From the NCBI RefSeq assembly GCF_049337375.1, contig NZ_JBMPIV010000001.1: a stretch of 64,000 nt of DNA; one strand, written 5' to 3'. The DNA comes from Nannocystis pusilla. Lineage in GTDB: Bacteria > Myxococcota_A > Polyangia > Nannocystales > Nannocystaceae. The position numbers were made by a program, and so were the translations under genes. A model generated the notes under the pieces. That model saw only the letters and a program-made list of their open reading frames with translations, was not told the origin of the DNA and made no database searches. Shown piece after piece: positions 52,353 through 64,000 of this stretch (positions within the stretch are counted from its first letter, which is position 1; each line of letters begins with the position of its first letter).

Positions 52353-53075
52353 TCATACCATGCCGCCGTTGATGCCGATCACCTGACCGGTGATGTACGC
52401 GGCGGCGTCGCTGGCCAGGAAGGCGACCAGCGCGGCGACCTCGGGGGCGGTGCCGAGCCGCTGCGCGGGGATCCGCGGCATCACGTGGTCGAGCGGGACG
52501 TCCTTGATCATGTCGGTGTCGACGAGGCCGGGCGAGACCGCGTTGACGGTGACGCCCTTGCGGGCGAGCTCGAGCGCCAGCGATTTGGTCGCGCCGATGA
52601 CGCCGGCCTTGGCCGCGGCGTAGGCGACCTGCCCGCGATTGCCGAGCTGGGCCGAGACGGAGCTCATGGTGATGATCCGGCCCCACTTGCGCCGCACCAT
52701 CGGCATGATCACCGGGCGGGTCACGTTGTAGAAGCCGCCCAGGCTGGTCCGAAGGACAGCTTCCCAGTCGGCCCGCTCGAGCGCGGGGAACGGGGCGTCG
52801 CGGGCGATCCCGGCGTTGTTGACGAGGACCCCGAGCGGCCGCGGGTCGGCGAGGATGGCGTTCATCGCCGCGTCGGCGGCCGCGTCGTCGCCGACGTCGA
52901 AGCGGCTGAGGACGACCTCGCCGCCGGCGGCGCGGATCCGGGCGGCGACGGCCTCGGCGGCGGCGTCGTCGCTGCGGTAGTTGAGGATGATGGGGTGACC
53001 GGCGGCCGCGAGGGCCTCGGCGATCGCGGCGCCGATCCCTCGACTGGCGCCGGTGACGAGCGCGCGTGGCTTCAT
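52353..53075 (-). CDS. fabG: 3-oxoacyl-[ACP] reductase (SDR)
   Basis: TGASRGIG, NNAG, S...Y...K catalytic triad (SSVSAQLGNRGQVAYAAAKAG). 240 aa. Confidence 0.85.
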   Translation of the reverse strand: MKPRALVTGASRGIGAAIAEALAAAGHPIILNYRSDDAAAEAVAARIRAAGGEVVLSRFDVGDDAAADAAMNAILADPRPLGVLVNNAGIARDAPFPALERADWEAVLRTSLGGFYNVTRPVIMPMVRRKWGRIITMSSVSAQLGNRGQVAYAAAKAGVIGATKSLALELARKGVTVNAVSPGLVDTDMIKDVPLDHVMPRIPAQRLGTAPEVAALVAFLASDAAAYITGQVIGINGGMV

Positions 53076-53521
53076 GCGGGGCTCCCTGCGGAGGTGCTGG
53101 GTGGGGCGGTGGAGACGACGGAGAGCACGGCCTCGGCCAGCGGCTGGCCGCGGCGCGTGACGGCGGCGCGGTACTCGGCCATGGCGCCGGCGAACACGCG
53201 GGTGGCGACGATCTGCAGCGGGTCGCCGACGGCGAGGTGCTCGGCGTGCAGGTCGAAGTTGCGGCAGGCGGCGATGAGGCCGAGCGCCGGCGGCTGATGG
53301 TCGGCGCGCGCGCGCAGGCCGGCGAACGCGGCGATCGCCTGGGCCATGTACTCGAGCAGGACCGAGGCGTGGACCCGGCCGTCGACGACGAACAGGTTGT
53401 CGGGGCGGACCTGCGCGGCGCAGGTGATGTCGTCGGCGCCGGCGGCCACGACCTCGTCGAGCAGCAGCATCGGCGGGCGCTGCGGGACCAGCTCGGCTAC
53501 CGGCGGGAAGGCGGCGGTCAT
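53072..53521 (-). CDS. hotdog-fold 3-hydroxyacyl-ACP dehydratase-like protein
   Basis: 149 aa. Pattern typical of FabZ/ApeI-like dehydratases (PPMLLLDEV...H..VLLEYMAQ). ATGA coupling on both sides. Confidence 0.6.
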   Translation of the reverse strand: MTAAFPPVAELVPQRPPMLLLDEVVAAGADDITCAAQVRPDNLFVVDGRVHASVLLEYMAQAIAAFAGLRARADHQPPALGLIAACRNFDLHAEHLAVGDPLQIVATRVFAGAMAEYRAAVTRRGQPLAEAVLSVVSTAPPSTSAGSPA

Positions 53522-54321
53522 GCCCCGGCTCCGAGCGTGCACTGCCAGCCGACCGCGAGGTGCGGCTCGAGGGCGACGCGCGCCGGGGCGCCGGCGGCCA
53601 GCGCCTCGACCAGGGCGAGCGCGGCGGCGCACGGGTTCTGGGCCAGGGCGGCCGGGATCGGGCGCGGCGCGGCGAGCATGTCGCTGGGGCCATGTTCGAG
53701 GCGACATGTCCTCGCGGGCATGTTGCCGGGGCCAGGCGCCGACAGGGCGAAGGCGGCGGCGAACGGGTCCCAGCGGCGGCCGGCGGCCAGCGGCTCGGGC
53801 AGCGGCTCCTCGGCGATCACGAGCACCACGTCGCCCTCTCCGGCGGCCACGAGGGCGGCGCACTCGACGAGGCCCATGGCGAGGGTGCTGCGGCCGGCCG
53901 ACAGCGCGGCGTTGCCGGCCCGGTTGCCGGTGGCGATCGAGACGTAGCCGGCGGCCGTGTTGTGGACGCTGTTGTGGAACTTGGTCGGCGACAGCGGCTC
54001 GCCGGCGACGAGCAGGGCGCCGAGGAGGTCGAGGGTGGTGCGGATCTCGCCGTAGACGGAGCCGTAGACGAGGGTGGCGGCGGTTCGGTCGACGCCGCCG
54101 TCCTGCAGCGCCTGGGCCGCGACCTCGGCGGCCATGCGGGTGAGCAGGCTGGTGCGCCGGCGCATCATCGGCGGCAGCAGCTCGGCTCTGGGGGCGGAGG
54201 GCTCGGTCGGCGACGCCTGTCCTTCGGGCCAGGTGTCGGGCCGGGCCCGCCAGGCGGCGAGGTCGGGGTAGCCTGGCGTCCAGAAGCCGAGGCCGCGGAC
54301 GGTGAAGGCGAGCGCGCTCAT
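53518..54321 (-). CDS. β-ketoacyl synthase-like chain-length-factor protein (no active-site Cys)
   Basis: KS N-terminal-domain-like sequence lacking the TACSSS Cys. Position directly after a bona fide KAS. Contains a GGACATGTCC-type element in frame. Confidence 0.6.
   Translation of the reverse strand: MSALAFTVRGLGFWTPGYPDLAAWRARPDTWPEGQASPTEPSAPRAELLPPMMRRRTSLLTRMAAEVAAQALQDGGVDRTAATLVYGSVYGEIRTTLDLLGALLVAGEPLSPTKFHNSVHNTAAGYVSIATGNRAGNAALSAGRSTLAMGLVECAALVAAGEGDVVLVIAEEPLPEPLAAGRRWDPFAAAFALSAPGPGNMPARTCRLEHGPSDMLAAPRPIPAALAQNPCAAALALVEALAAGAPARVALEPHLAVGWQCTLGAGA
53686..53760. repeat. GGACATGTCC-family element lying inside the CLF-like coding sequence (in frame)
   Basis: catgttcgaggcGACATGTCCtcgcgggcatgttgcc encodes ...GNMPARTCRLEHGPSDML... 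within the protein. Confidence 0.5.
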
Positions 54322-54354
54322 GCCGGGCCTCGGACGAGGCGTGGGGCCGGAGCT

Positions 54355-54500
54355 GAACTTTTGGACATGGCCCGGAAGACCTGCCCGAAAGCGCAGCCGA
54401 CCGGACCCGATGTACGACCCGTGGCGGTCGGGCCGCAGAGGCGCAGCCGGGGAGGTGTCGTGGGGGACATGTCCCGGGAGACCTGTCGGAAGGTGCTCAT
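54355..54500. repeat. GGACATGTCC-family cluster in the 176-bp KS-CLF spacer
   Basis: ttGGACATGGCCcggaaGACCTGCCcgaa ... gggGGACATGTCCcgggaGACCTGTCggaagg. Confidence 0.65.
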
Positions 54501-55678
54501 GCGGGGCCTCCGACGAGGACGCTGCAGTTGCTGCCGCCGAACGCGAACGAGTTGCTGAGCGCGGCGCGGGTGCGGACGTCGCGGCGGGCGGTGACCACGT
54601 CGACCGCGAGGGTGTCGTCGAGCGGGTCGGCGCCGACGCTGGCGGGCAGGTAGCGGCCGGCGATGGCGTCGATCACGAAGGCGACCTCGGTGGCGCCCGC
54701 GGCCCCGAGCATGTGGCCGGTGTAGCCCTTGGTGGCGACCACCGCGGGCGCGGGGGCGCCGGCGAACACGGCCCGGATCGCCGCGCTCTCCATGCTGTCG
54801 TTCTGCTTGGTGCCGGTGCCGTGGGCGTTGACGTGGTCGACGTCGGCGGCGGAAAGGCCCGCGTGCCGGAGCGCGCGCTCCATCGCCAGGCGCGCGCCGA
54901 GGCCCTCGGGGTGCGGGCTCGTCATGTGGTAGGCGTCGGAGCTCTCGCCGACCCCGAGCAGGCGGGCCGGGCCGTCACCTGTCCGTTCGACCAGGAGCAG
55001 CGCGGCGCCCTCGCCGATGTTGATGCCGGCGCGCTCGCTCGAGAACGGGCGACATGGCCGCGAGGACAGGACCTCGAGCCCGGCGAAGCCGCGCACGGTG
55101 AGGCGGCACAGGCTGTCGACGCCGCCGACCAACACCGCGTCGCACAGGCCGGCGGCGAGCAGACGCTGGGCCGAGGCGAACACCTTGGCGGACGAGGAGC
55201 AGGCGGTCGAGACGACGTAGGCCGGGCCGCCGAGGCCGCCGCCGAGGACGCGGGCGACGTGCAGGACGGCGTCGAGGGCGTGCGAGGTCTCGACGTCGTA
55301 GTCGGCCGGGAGGGCGCCGCCGTGGGCCTGCGCGTGGGCGTAGGCGGTCTCGCTGGCCTCGATGCCGCCGGTGCTGGTGCCGAGGACGACGGCGACGCGG
55401 TCCGAGCCCCAGCGGGCGCGCGCGCGGTCCAGCGGGGCCTGCAGCTCGGCCAGCGCGACGGCGGCGATCCGCGTCTGCCGGGTGTCGCGGACCGGGCCGA
55501 GGAAGCCGGGCAGCGGCGGCAGCGGGGTCGGGATGGCGCCGACGACCGCGTCGAGCTCGAACTCGGCGGGGCACGGGCCGAGGCCGGAGCGACCGGCACG
55601 CAAGGCCGCGAGCACCGCGGCGGTGCTGTCGCCCATGCCGTTGCACAGGGCCATGGCGGTGATGGGGTACGGCTGCAT
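54497..55678 (-). CDS. β-ketoacyl-[ACP] synthase (KAS I/II-like)
   Basis: Active-site Cys motif VSTACSSS. His motifs (HMTSP, NAHGTGT). C-terminal FAFGGSN. Confidence 0.85.
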   Translation of the reverse strand: MQPYPITAMALCNGMGDSTAAVLAALRAGRSGLGPCPAEFELDAVVGAIPTPLPPLPGFLGPVRDTRQTRIAAVALAELQAPLDRARARWGSDRVAVVLGTSTGGIEASETAYAHAQAHGGALPADYDVETSHALDAVLHVARVLGGGLGGPAYVVSTACSSSAKVFASAQRLLAAGLCDAVLVGGVDSLCRLTVRGFAGLEVLSSRPCRPFSSERAGINIGEGAALLLVERTGDGPARLLGVGESSDAYHMTSPHPEGLGARLAMERALRHAGLSAADVDHVNAHGTGTKQNDSMESAAIRAVFAGAPAPAVVATKGYTGHMLGAAGATEVAFVIDAIAGRYLPASVGADPLDDTLAVDVVTARRDVRTRAALSNSFAFGGSNCSVLVGGPA

Positions 55679-55703
55679 GACGGCGAGGGCGGGACGCGGC
55701 CGA

Positions 55704-56963
55704 TCAGAGGCCGGGGGCCGGGAAGGCGCGCAGGAACTCGCGCACGCGGCCGCGGTGGACCTCGCAGCGAGCGTCGTCGGCGTTCTCGACGGCGAGGGCG
55801 ATGCCGTCGGCGATCAGGTCGGCGACGACCGGCATGTGATGCGCCTGGATGCCGCGCGAGGTGATGGCGGCCAGGCCGATGCGCAGGCCCGAGGGGTCGA
55901 ACGGCTTGCGCGGGTCGAACGGGATGGCGTTGGCGTTGAGCTCGATGCCGCAGCGGTTGAGCACGCGCGCGACGTGGCGGCCGCCCTGGCCGGTGGGCGT
56001 CAGATCGAGGAGCAACAAGTGGTTGTCGGTGCCGCCCGACACGAGGACGTGGCCGCGGGCGATCAGGGCCTCGGCGAGGGCCTGGGCGTTGGCGACGATC
56101 TGATGCGCGTAGTCGCGGAAGCTCGGCTGCAGCGCCTCGCGGAAGGCGACGGCCTTGGCGGCGGTGGTGTGGCAGTGCGGGCCGCCCTGCAGGCCGGGGA
56201 ACACGGCCTTGTCGATCGCGGCCGCGTGCTCGGCCTTGCTGAGGATGAGGCCGCCGCGCGGGCCGCGGAGCGTCTTGTGCGTGGTGGTGGTGACGACGTC
56301 GGCGTGCGGCACGGGGCTCGGGTGCGCGCCGCCGGCGACGAGGCCGGCGATGTGCGCGATGTCGGCCGCGAGGTAGGCCCCGACCTCGCGCGCGATCGCG
56401 GCGAAGCCGGCGAAGTCGAGCTGGCGCGGGTAGGCCGAGTGACCGACCCAGATGAGCTTGGGGCGGTTGGCGAGCGCGAGGCTGCGGACCTCGTCGAGGT
56501 CGATGCGGTGGTCGTCGCGGCGGACGCCGTACTGGACGGCCTTGTAGTAGATGCCGGTGGCGCTGACCTTCCAGCCGTGGGTGAGGTGACCGCCCGCGGG
56601 GAGGGCCAGCCCCATGATGGTGTCGCCGGTCTGGCACAGGGCGAGCAGCGCGGCGAGGTTGGCCGGCGATCCGCTGTAGGGCTGGACGTTGGCGTGATCG
56701 GCCCCGAACAGCTCGCGCGCGCGGGCGATGGCGAGGGACTCGATCGGGTCGACGAAGTCCATGCCCTCGTAGTAGCGCTTGCCCGGGTAGCCCTCGGCGT
56801 ACTTGTTGGTGAGGCTGGTGCCGGTCGCGGCGAGCACGGCCTTCGACACGTAATTCTCGCTGGCGATGAGGCGCAGGCTGTCGCGCTGGCGCGCGTCCTC
56901 CTGCTCGATCAGCGCGAAGATCTCGGGGTCGGCGGCGGAGAGCTCGGGATCGCGGGCGTGCAC
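55704..56963 (-). CDS. glyA: serine hydroxymethyltransferase
   Basis: [19 protein letters not shown]-Lys motif. Full-length SHMT conservation. 419 aa. Confidence 0.9.
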   Translation of the reverse strand: MHARDPELSAADPEIFALIEQEDARQRDSLRLIASENYVSKAVLAATGTSLTNKYAEGYPGKRYYEGMDFVDPIESLAIARARELFGADHANVQPYSGSPANLAALLALCQTGDTIMGLALPAGGHLTHGWKVSATGIYYKAVQYGVRRDDHRIDLDEVRSLALANRPKLIWVGHSAYPRQLDFAGFAAIAREVGAYLAADIAHIAGLVAGGAHPSPVPHADVVTTTTHKTLRGPRGGLILSKAEHAAAIDKAVFPGLQGGPHCHTTAAKAVAFREALQPSFRDYAHQIVANAQALAEALIARGHVLVSGGTDNHLLLLDLTPTGQGGRHVARVLNRCGIELNANAIPFDPRKPFDPSGLRIGLAAITSRGIQAHHMPVVADLIADGIALAVENADDARCEVHRGRVREFLRAFPAPGL

Positions 56964-57174
56964 GCCCGAGGTTTTCCTGCTCGAAGGGCCGCGGAGTCAA
57001 GCCCGGCGCGCCGCGTCGGCGAAGGTCCCGACGCGGCCCCGAGTTCGCCGCAGGCCCGGACGGCGAATGCCGTTTCGCGTCCCGCCGCGGCGGCGCTGCG
57101 GCCGCTCCCCTGCAAACAGGGGCGCCGCGCGCCTCCAGGCCCACAACGCCGCCGGCCCTTGATACCATGCAGGC

Positions 57175-60147
<2,973 letters not shown>

Positions 60148-60170
60148 GCCGACGCGGCCGCGCCCGGGTC

Positions 60171-60225
60171 CTGTCTCGAGATGACTGTTTGGACATGCTC
60201 ATACGGACATGTCCAAAGAGGCTCC
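60171..60225. repeat. GGACATGTCC-family interrupted palindrome downstream of the kinase gene
   Basis: tttGGACATGctcatacGGACATGTCCaaagagg. Confidence 0.6.
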
Positions 60226-60391
60226 TTACATCGTCGCCAGCGGGCGCACCCGCGCGAGCGATCCTGGCCGGCGCGCCGACGCGCGCGGGCGATGTAACGT
60301 GTTTGTATGTACCTGCGACTGATCCATGAGGGGGTCGGGCTACGCTCATTCGGCTGGGGACCGGGCGTGATGGGCCCGGGGACAGAAGGCA

Positions 60392-61027
60392 ATGCCGACA
60401 CCGAAGATGAAGCGAGATCTGGTCCTGAAGACGGGGGTCGCGGCGGGGCCCGTGGCCAACCTCGACATCGACCTGAACGCGTCGTTCACGACCGCGCTGA
60501 CCGGGACGACGATCGTATGGGAGGACGAGAGCTCGAGCGATCCCGAGGAGCAGACCAAGTTCAAGATGTCCTTCCTCAACGTCGGCGGCGCGAACGTCGG
60601 CGCCCTCACCATCAAGCTGGTCGGCAACCCGAGCCCCGACGTGCCGGCGACGGTGACCAAGACGGCCCGCCAGATCACCGATCCGACGGCCACCACCGGC
60701 ACCGTGACCCTGCTCGACCCGGCCGACGACACCTTCGAGCGGGTGTGGCGGCAGGCGGTCAACAACTCGCGGGTCCAGGTGGTCGACAACGTGGCCAAGG
60801 TCGACATCCGCGCCAAGGCCGAGGCCGGCTACGTCGTGAATCAGGCCGTCGGCACGGCGACCGACAACAGCCTGATCGTCAACTACGCCTTCGTCGACGC
60901 CACCGGCACCGCGGTGGTGTCGGGCAGCGTCCGCTTCGACACCACGACGACGGTGTCCGCGGGGTACACGCTCGGCAACGTCCGGGTGGTCGACACCGAC
61001 TCCGGCGCGGGCCGCCGGCGCCGCTAG
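60392..61027 (+). CDS. hypothetical Thr/Val-rich protein (lower-GC codons)
   Basis: 211 aa, β-rich, no signal peptide, C-terminal Arg tail. Preceded by a comparatively AT-rich region (tgtaacgtgtttgtatgtacctgcgactgatcc). No family recognised. Confidence 0.45.
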   Translation: MPTPKMKRDLVLKTGVAAGPVANLDIDLNASFTTALTGTTIVWEDESSSDPEEQTKFKMSFLNVGGANVGALTIKLVGNPSPDVPATVTKTARQITDPTATTGTVTLLDPADDTFERVWRQAVNNSRVQVVDNVAKVDIRAKAEAGYVVNQAVGTATDNSLIVNYAFVDATGTAVVSGSVRFDTTTTVSAGYTLGNVRVVDTDSGAGRRRR

Positions 61028-61180
61028 CGTCGGCGCGGGCGGACCTCGGCGGCTGCGCGATCGGACAGGCTCCGATGCGCGGCCGCGCGGCGCGTCCCCG
61101 CCGGGGCGGACGCGTGTCCTACCTCGGAGCTCGATCTGCGCCGTCGATCGCGTCGGCCGTCGCGGTGTATCCTTGACGGC

Positions 61181-62794
61181 ATGATCGCGGGCCCGCCTTT
61201 GATTGAGCCGGCGTCGCCGCGGCTGGTGCCGGTGTGGCGCGAGCTGCTGTGCGACGGCATCACCCCCGTCGAGGTCTACGCCCGCTTGCGGGCCTACGCG
61301 CGCGGCGGCGGCTCGGGGCCGCCCGACCTGCCCGGCGTCAGCTTCCTGCTCGAGAGCGCGGGCGGGGCCGGCGAGCGGTGGGCCCGCTACAGCGTGGTCG
61401 GCGTCGGCGCGCGGGCCCACGTGCGCGGGGTATGGAACGGCTACGACCTCGACGTGACGATCACCCCGGGGCCCGGCTTCTCGCTGCCGCCCGGGGTCGA
61501 GAACAAGAGCCGCGGGCTGGCCGGCATCGCCGCGCTGCAGCGGGCCTACGAGAGCCCGCCGCGGCCCGATCTGCCGCGCTTCTGGGGGGGCCTGGTCGGC
61601 GTGTGGGGCCACGACGCGGCGCGGGTGTTCGATCCCATCCCGGCCGTACCCGGCCTCTCGGTCATGTCGAGCGATCTGCCGGCGGTCGAGCTGGTGGCGA
61701 GCGACACGCTGGTGGTGTTCGACAACTTCTCGAACCGCGTGCGCGTGCTGGCGACCGCGTGCGCCGAGAGCGAGGGCGGGGCGGAGGCGGCGGAGGCGGC
61801 CGCGCGGGCCCGCGTCGACGCCGTGGCGCGGGCGCTGCACGGGCCGTCGGTGCTGGGGCCGCGGCGGGTGCCCGACGTCGCGCCGCCGGCGACCGAGGTG
61901 GCGGCGCCGTGGTCGCGCGAGAAGTACCGGGCGTCGATCGCGGCCGCGCGCGAGCACATCATGGCCGGCGACATCTTCCAGGTCGTGCTGTCGCAGCGGT
62001 TCGTGAGCCGGCGCGACGGGGTCGACCTGCTCGACGTCTACCGCATGCTGCGGGTCGGCAACCCGGCGCCGTACATGTACCTGTTCGACCTGCCGGCGGC
62101 GGCGCTGACGGGCGCGTCGCCGGAGGTGCTGGTCCGCTGCGACCGCGACGCGCTGGCGCCGGCGGTGACGGGGGCCTCGAGCAGCGAGGTGGCCCCGCAG
62201 TCCGGCCTGCGCGTGACGGTGCGGCCGATCGCGGGCACGCGGCGGCGCGGGGTCGATGCGGTCGAGGACGAGGCGCTGGCCAGCGAGCTGCTGGCGGATC
62301 CGAAGGAGCGCGCCGAGCACCTCATGTTGGTCGACCTCGGGCGCAACGACCTCGGCCGCGTCAGCGTGGCCGGCAGCGTGCGCGTGTCGGAGTCGTTCTC
62401 GATCGAGCGCTACAGCCGGGTGATGCACATCGTCAGCGAGGTGCAAGGCGAGCTGCGGCCGGAGCTGACGGCGCTCGACGCCCTGCGCGCGACGTTCCCG
62501 GCCGGGACGCTGAGCGGGGCGCCGAAGATCCGCGCGCTGCAGATCATCGACGCCCTCGAGCCGGCGCCGCGCGGCTGGTACGGCGGCGCGGTCGGCTACC
62601 TCGGCTACGACGGCGCCGCCGACTTCGCCATCTGCATCCGCTCGCTGGTCGCCGTCGGCGACGAGTTCCGGGTCCAGGCCGGCGCGGGGGTCGTGTACGA
62701 CTCGTCGCCGGAGGGCGAGGACAACGAGTGCCACGTCAAGGCGAGCGCGGTGCTGCGCGCGATCGCGGCGGCGGCCGAAGGAGGTGCAGCGTGA
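61181..62794 (+). CDS. trpE: anthranilate synthase component I
   Basis: Chorismate-binding-enzyme C-terminal motifs (LMLVDLGRNDLGRV, GTLSGAPKIRA, GGAVGY). 537 aa. Confidence 0.9.
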   Translation: MIAGPPLIEPASPRLVPVWRELLCDGITPVEVYARLRAYARGGGSGPPDLPGVSFLLESAGGAGERWARYSVVGVGARAHVRGVWNGYDLDVTITPGPGFSLPPGVENKSRGLAGIAALQRAYESPPRPDLPRFWGGLVGVWGHDAARVFDPIPAVPGLSVMSSDLPAVELVASDTLVVFDNFSNRVRVLATACAESEGGAEAAEAAARARVDAVARALHGPSVLGPRRVPDVAPPATEVAAPWSREKYRASIAAAREHIMAGDIFQVVLSQRFVSRRDGVDLLDVYRMLRVGNPAPYMYLFDLPAAALTGASPEVLVRCDRDALAPAVTGASSSEVAPQSGLRVTVRPIAGTRRRGVDAVEDEALASELLADPKERAEHLMLVDLGRNDLGRVSVAGSVRVSESFSIERYSRVMHIVSEVQGELRPELTALDALRATFPAGTLSGAPKIRALQIIDALEPAPRGWYGGAVGYLGYDGAADFAICIRSLVAVGDEFRVQAGAGVVYDSSPEGEDNECHVKASAVLRAIAAAAEGGAA

Positions 62795-63501
62795 GCGCGA
62801 ACGACAACCCCGCGGTCACGGCCGTCGACACGGCCGCCCCGCCGCTGCCGGGCGGCCAGCGCCTGCGGCCCGCCGGCGCGTCGCGGCCGGGCTGCCGCGT
62901 GCTGGTGATCGACAACTACGACTCGTTCACCTTCAACCTGGTGCAGTACCTGCTGCAGCTCGGCGCGGTGGTCGACGTCCACCGCAACGACGCGGTCAAG
63001 CTCGAGCAGGTGCTGGCCGACGCGCCGAGCCACATCGTCCTGTCCCCGGGGCCAGGTACGCCGGCCGACAGCGGGGTGTGCCAGGACCTGTGCCGCCGGC
63101 TGGCCGAGGCCGACGCGCCGGCGATCCCGGTGCTCGGGGTGTGCCTCGGCCACCAGACGCTGTGCGAGGTGCTGGGCGCGCGGGTCGAGCGGGCCGGGCG
63201 CATCATGCACGGCAAGCTGTCGCCGATGCTGCACGACGCCACCGGGGTGTTCGCCGGGCTGCCGTCGCCGTTCATGGCCACGCGCTACCACAGCCTGGTC
63301 GCGGTCGAGAGCACGCTGCCGGCCGCGCTGATCCCCAACGCGCGCACCGACGCCGGCGAGCTGATGGGCGTGCGCCACGCGACGCGGCCGCTGCACGGGG
63401 TCCAGTTCCACCCCGAGTCGGTGCTCAGCGAGCACGGCCACGCGATGCTGCGCAACTTCCTCGAGATGCATGTCCCTTCGAACATGGCGGTGACGACATG
63501 A
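62791..63501 (+). CDS. trpG: anthranilate synthase component II (glutamine amidotransferase)
   Basis: GATase-1 catalytic triad (VLGVCLGHQ, HPES). GTGA overlap with the trpE stop. Confidence 0.85.
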   Translation: MSANDNPAVTAVDTAAPPLPGGQRLRPAGASRPGCRVLVIDNYDSFTFNLVQYLLQLGAVVDVHRNDAVKLEQVLADAPSHIVLSPGPGTPADSGVCQDLCRRLAEADAPAIPVLGVCLGHQTLCEVLGARVERAGRIMHGKLSPMLHDATGVFAGLPSPFMATRYHSLVAVESTLPAALIPNARTDAGELMGVRHATRPLHGVQFHPESVLSEHGHAMLRNFLEMHVPSNMAVTT

Positions 63502-64000
63502 CCGAAGGGACAGCCGACGGGGCGCTGCGGCGCGGGCTGGGCCGGCTGGTCCGCGGCGAGGCGTTAGGCGAGGGCGAGGCGCTGGCGATCTTCCGCGAGA
63601 TCGTGGCCGGGGCGGCCGACCCGGCGCAGATCGGCGGGCTTTTGGTCGCGCTGGCGATCCGCGGCGAGACTGCGCCGGTGATCGCCGGGGCGGTGCGGGC
63701 GATGCGAGAGGCGGTGGTGCCGGTGCCGCTGCGCGAGAGCGGGGCGATCGACACCTGCGGGACCGGCGGCAGCGGGGTGGCCCGGCGCAACGTGTCGACG
63801 GCGGTGGCGATCGCGGCGGCGGCCTGCGGGGCGCGGGTGGCCAAGCACGGCAACCGCGGGATCTCGAGCCCGTGCGGCTCGGCCGACGTGCTGGCCGCGC
63901 TCGGGGTCGACATCACGGCGCCGCCCGAGCGCGTCGGACAGTGCGTCGACGAGGTCGGCGTCGGCTTCATGTTCGCGCCCAGCCTGCACCCGGCGATGCG
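63498..64000 (+). CDS. trpD: anthranilate phosphoribosyltransferase, N-terminal part (runs off the window end)
   Basis: DTCGTGGSG, KHGNR and GSADVL motifs. ATGA overlap with the trpG stop. Confidence 0.8.
   Translation, partial: MTEGTADGALRRGLGRLVRGEALGEGEALAIFREIVAGAADPAQIGGLLVALAIRGETAPVIAGAVRAMREAVVPVPLRESGAIDTCGTGGSGVARRNVSTAVAIAAAACGARVAKHGNRGISSPCGSADVLAALGVDITAPPERVGQCVDEVGVGFMFAPSLHPAM

Overview
This is a 64-kb, very GC-rich (~70%+) bacterial chromosomal segment. A MYXO-CTERM sorting tail on a secreted protease, Myxococcus-type cysteine-rich repeat lipoproteins, an ADYC-domain lipoprotein, three Hanks-type Ser/Thr kinases and a σ54/GAF enhancer-binding protein point to a myxobacterium (Myxococcota, possibly Sorangiineae/Polyangia-like). 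No rRNA, tRNA, transposase, integrase or cas genes were recognised. Coding density is high on both strands, and many long six-frame ORFs are GC-driven antisense artefacts.

Main content by position:
- 1.6–12.8 kb: a 10-gene, translationally coupled minus-strand lipid operon. It encodes a PlsC-type acyltransferase, a DAGK-like lipid kinase, two AMP-dependent acyl ligases, a discrete ACP, an enoyl-CoA hydratase, a pyruvyl-transferase-like protein, two fatty-acyl reductases and a HAD hydrolase. This domain inventory recalls the multidomain ether-lipid enzyme ElbD, but here the domains are separate genes.
- 13–14.5 kb: menaquinone (futalosine) genes mqnB and mqnD.
- 14.7–22.5 kb: an orphan ABC ATPase, YgiQ radical-SAM, a MYXO-CTERM S1 protease, an EEP nuclease/phosphatase, an amidohydrolase and lipoproteins.
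- 23–26.3 kb: a flotillin gene with a σ54-type promoter, immediately downstream of a GAF-σ54 activator.
- 28.1–28.6 kb: a lower-GC islet with a divergent addiction-module remnant (TIGR02574-like antitoxin and a ParE-like toxin lacking a stop), followed by ung and pepA.
- 31–41.9 kb: Ser/Thr kinases, a periplasmic binding protein, fadE, rluE and mtaB.
- 43.3–46.6 kb: an HcnABC/opine-oxidase-like three-subunit FAD/[2Fe-2S] dehydrogenase operon carrying an internal 60-bp tandem repeat ORF.
- 46.9–49.6 kb: yggS and maf.
- 51.1–55.7 kb: a flavin-dependent halogenase, FabG, a hotdog dehydratase, a chain-length-factor-like protein and a KAS (a small halogenated polyketide or fatty-acyl cluster).
- 55.7–64 kb: glyA, a TPR Ser/Thr kinase and trpE-trpG-trpD'.

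The most unusual signal is a dispersed family of palindromic elements built on GGACATGTCC / GACAKGTC. It occurs at 13 or more loci, mostly at convergent gene ends and in spacers, but also apparently in frame inside coding sequences (the mtaB, CLF, lipoprotein signal-peptide and kinase genes). This is reminiscent of Rickettsia palindromic elements.
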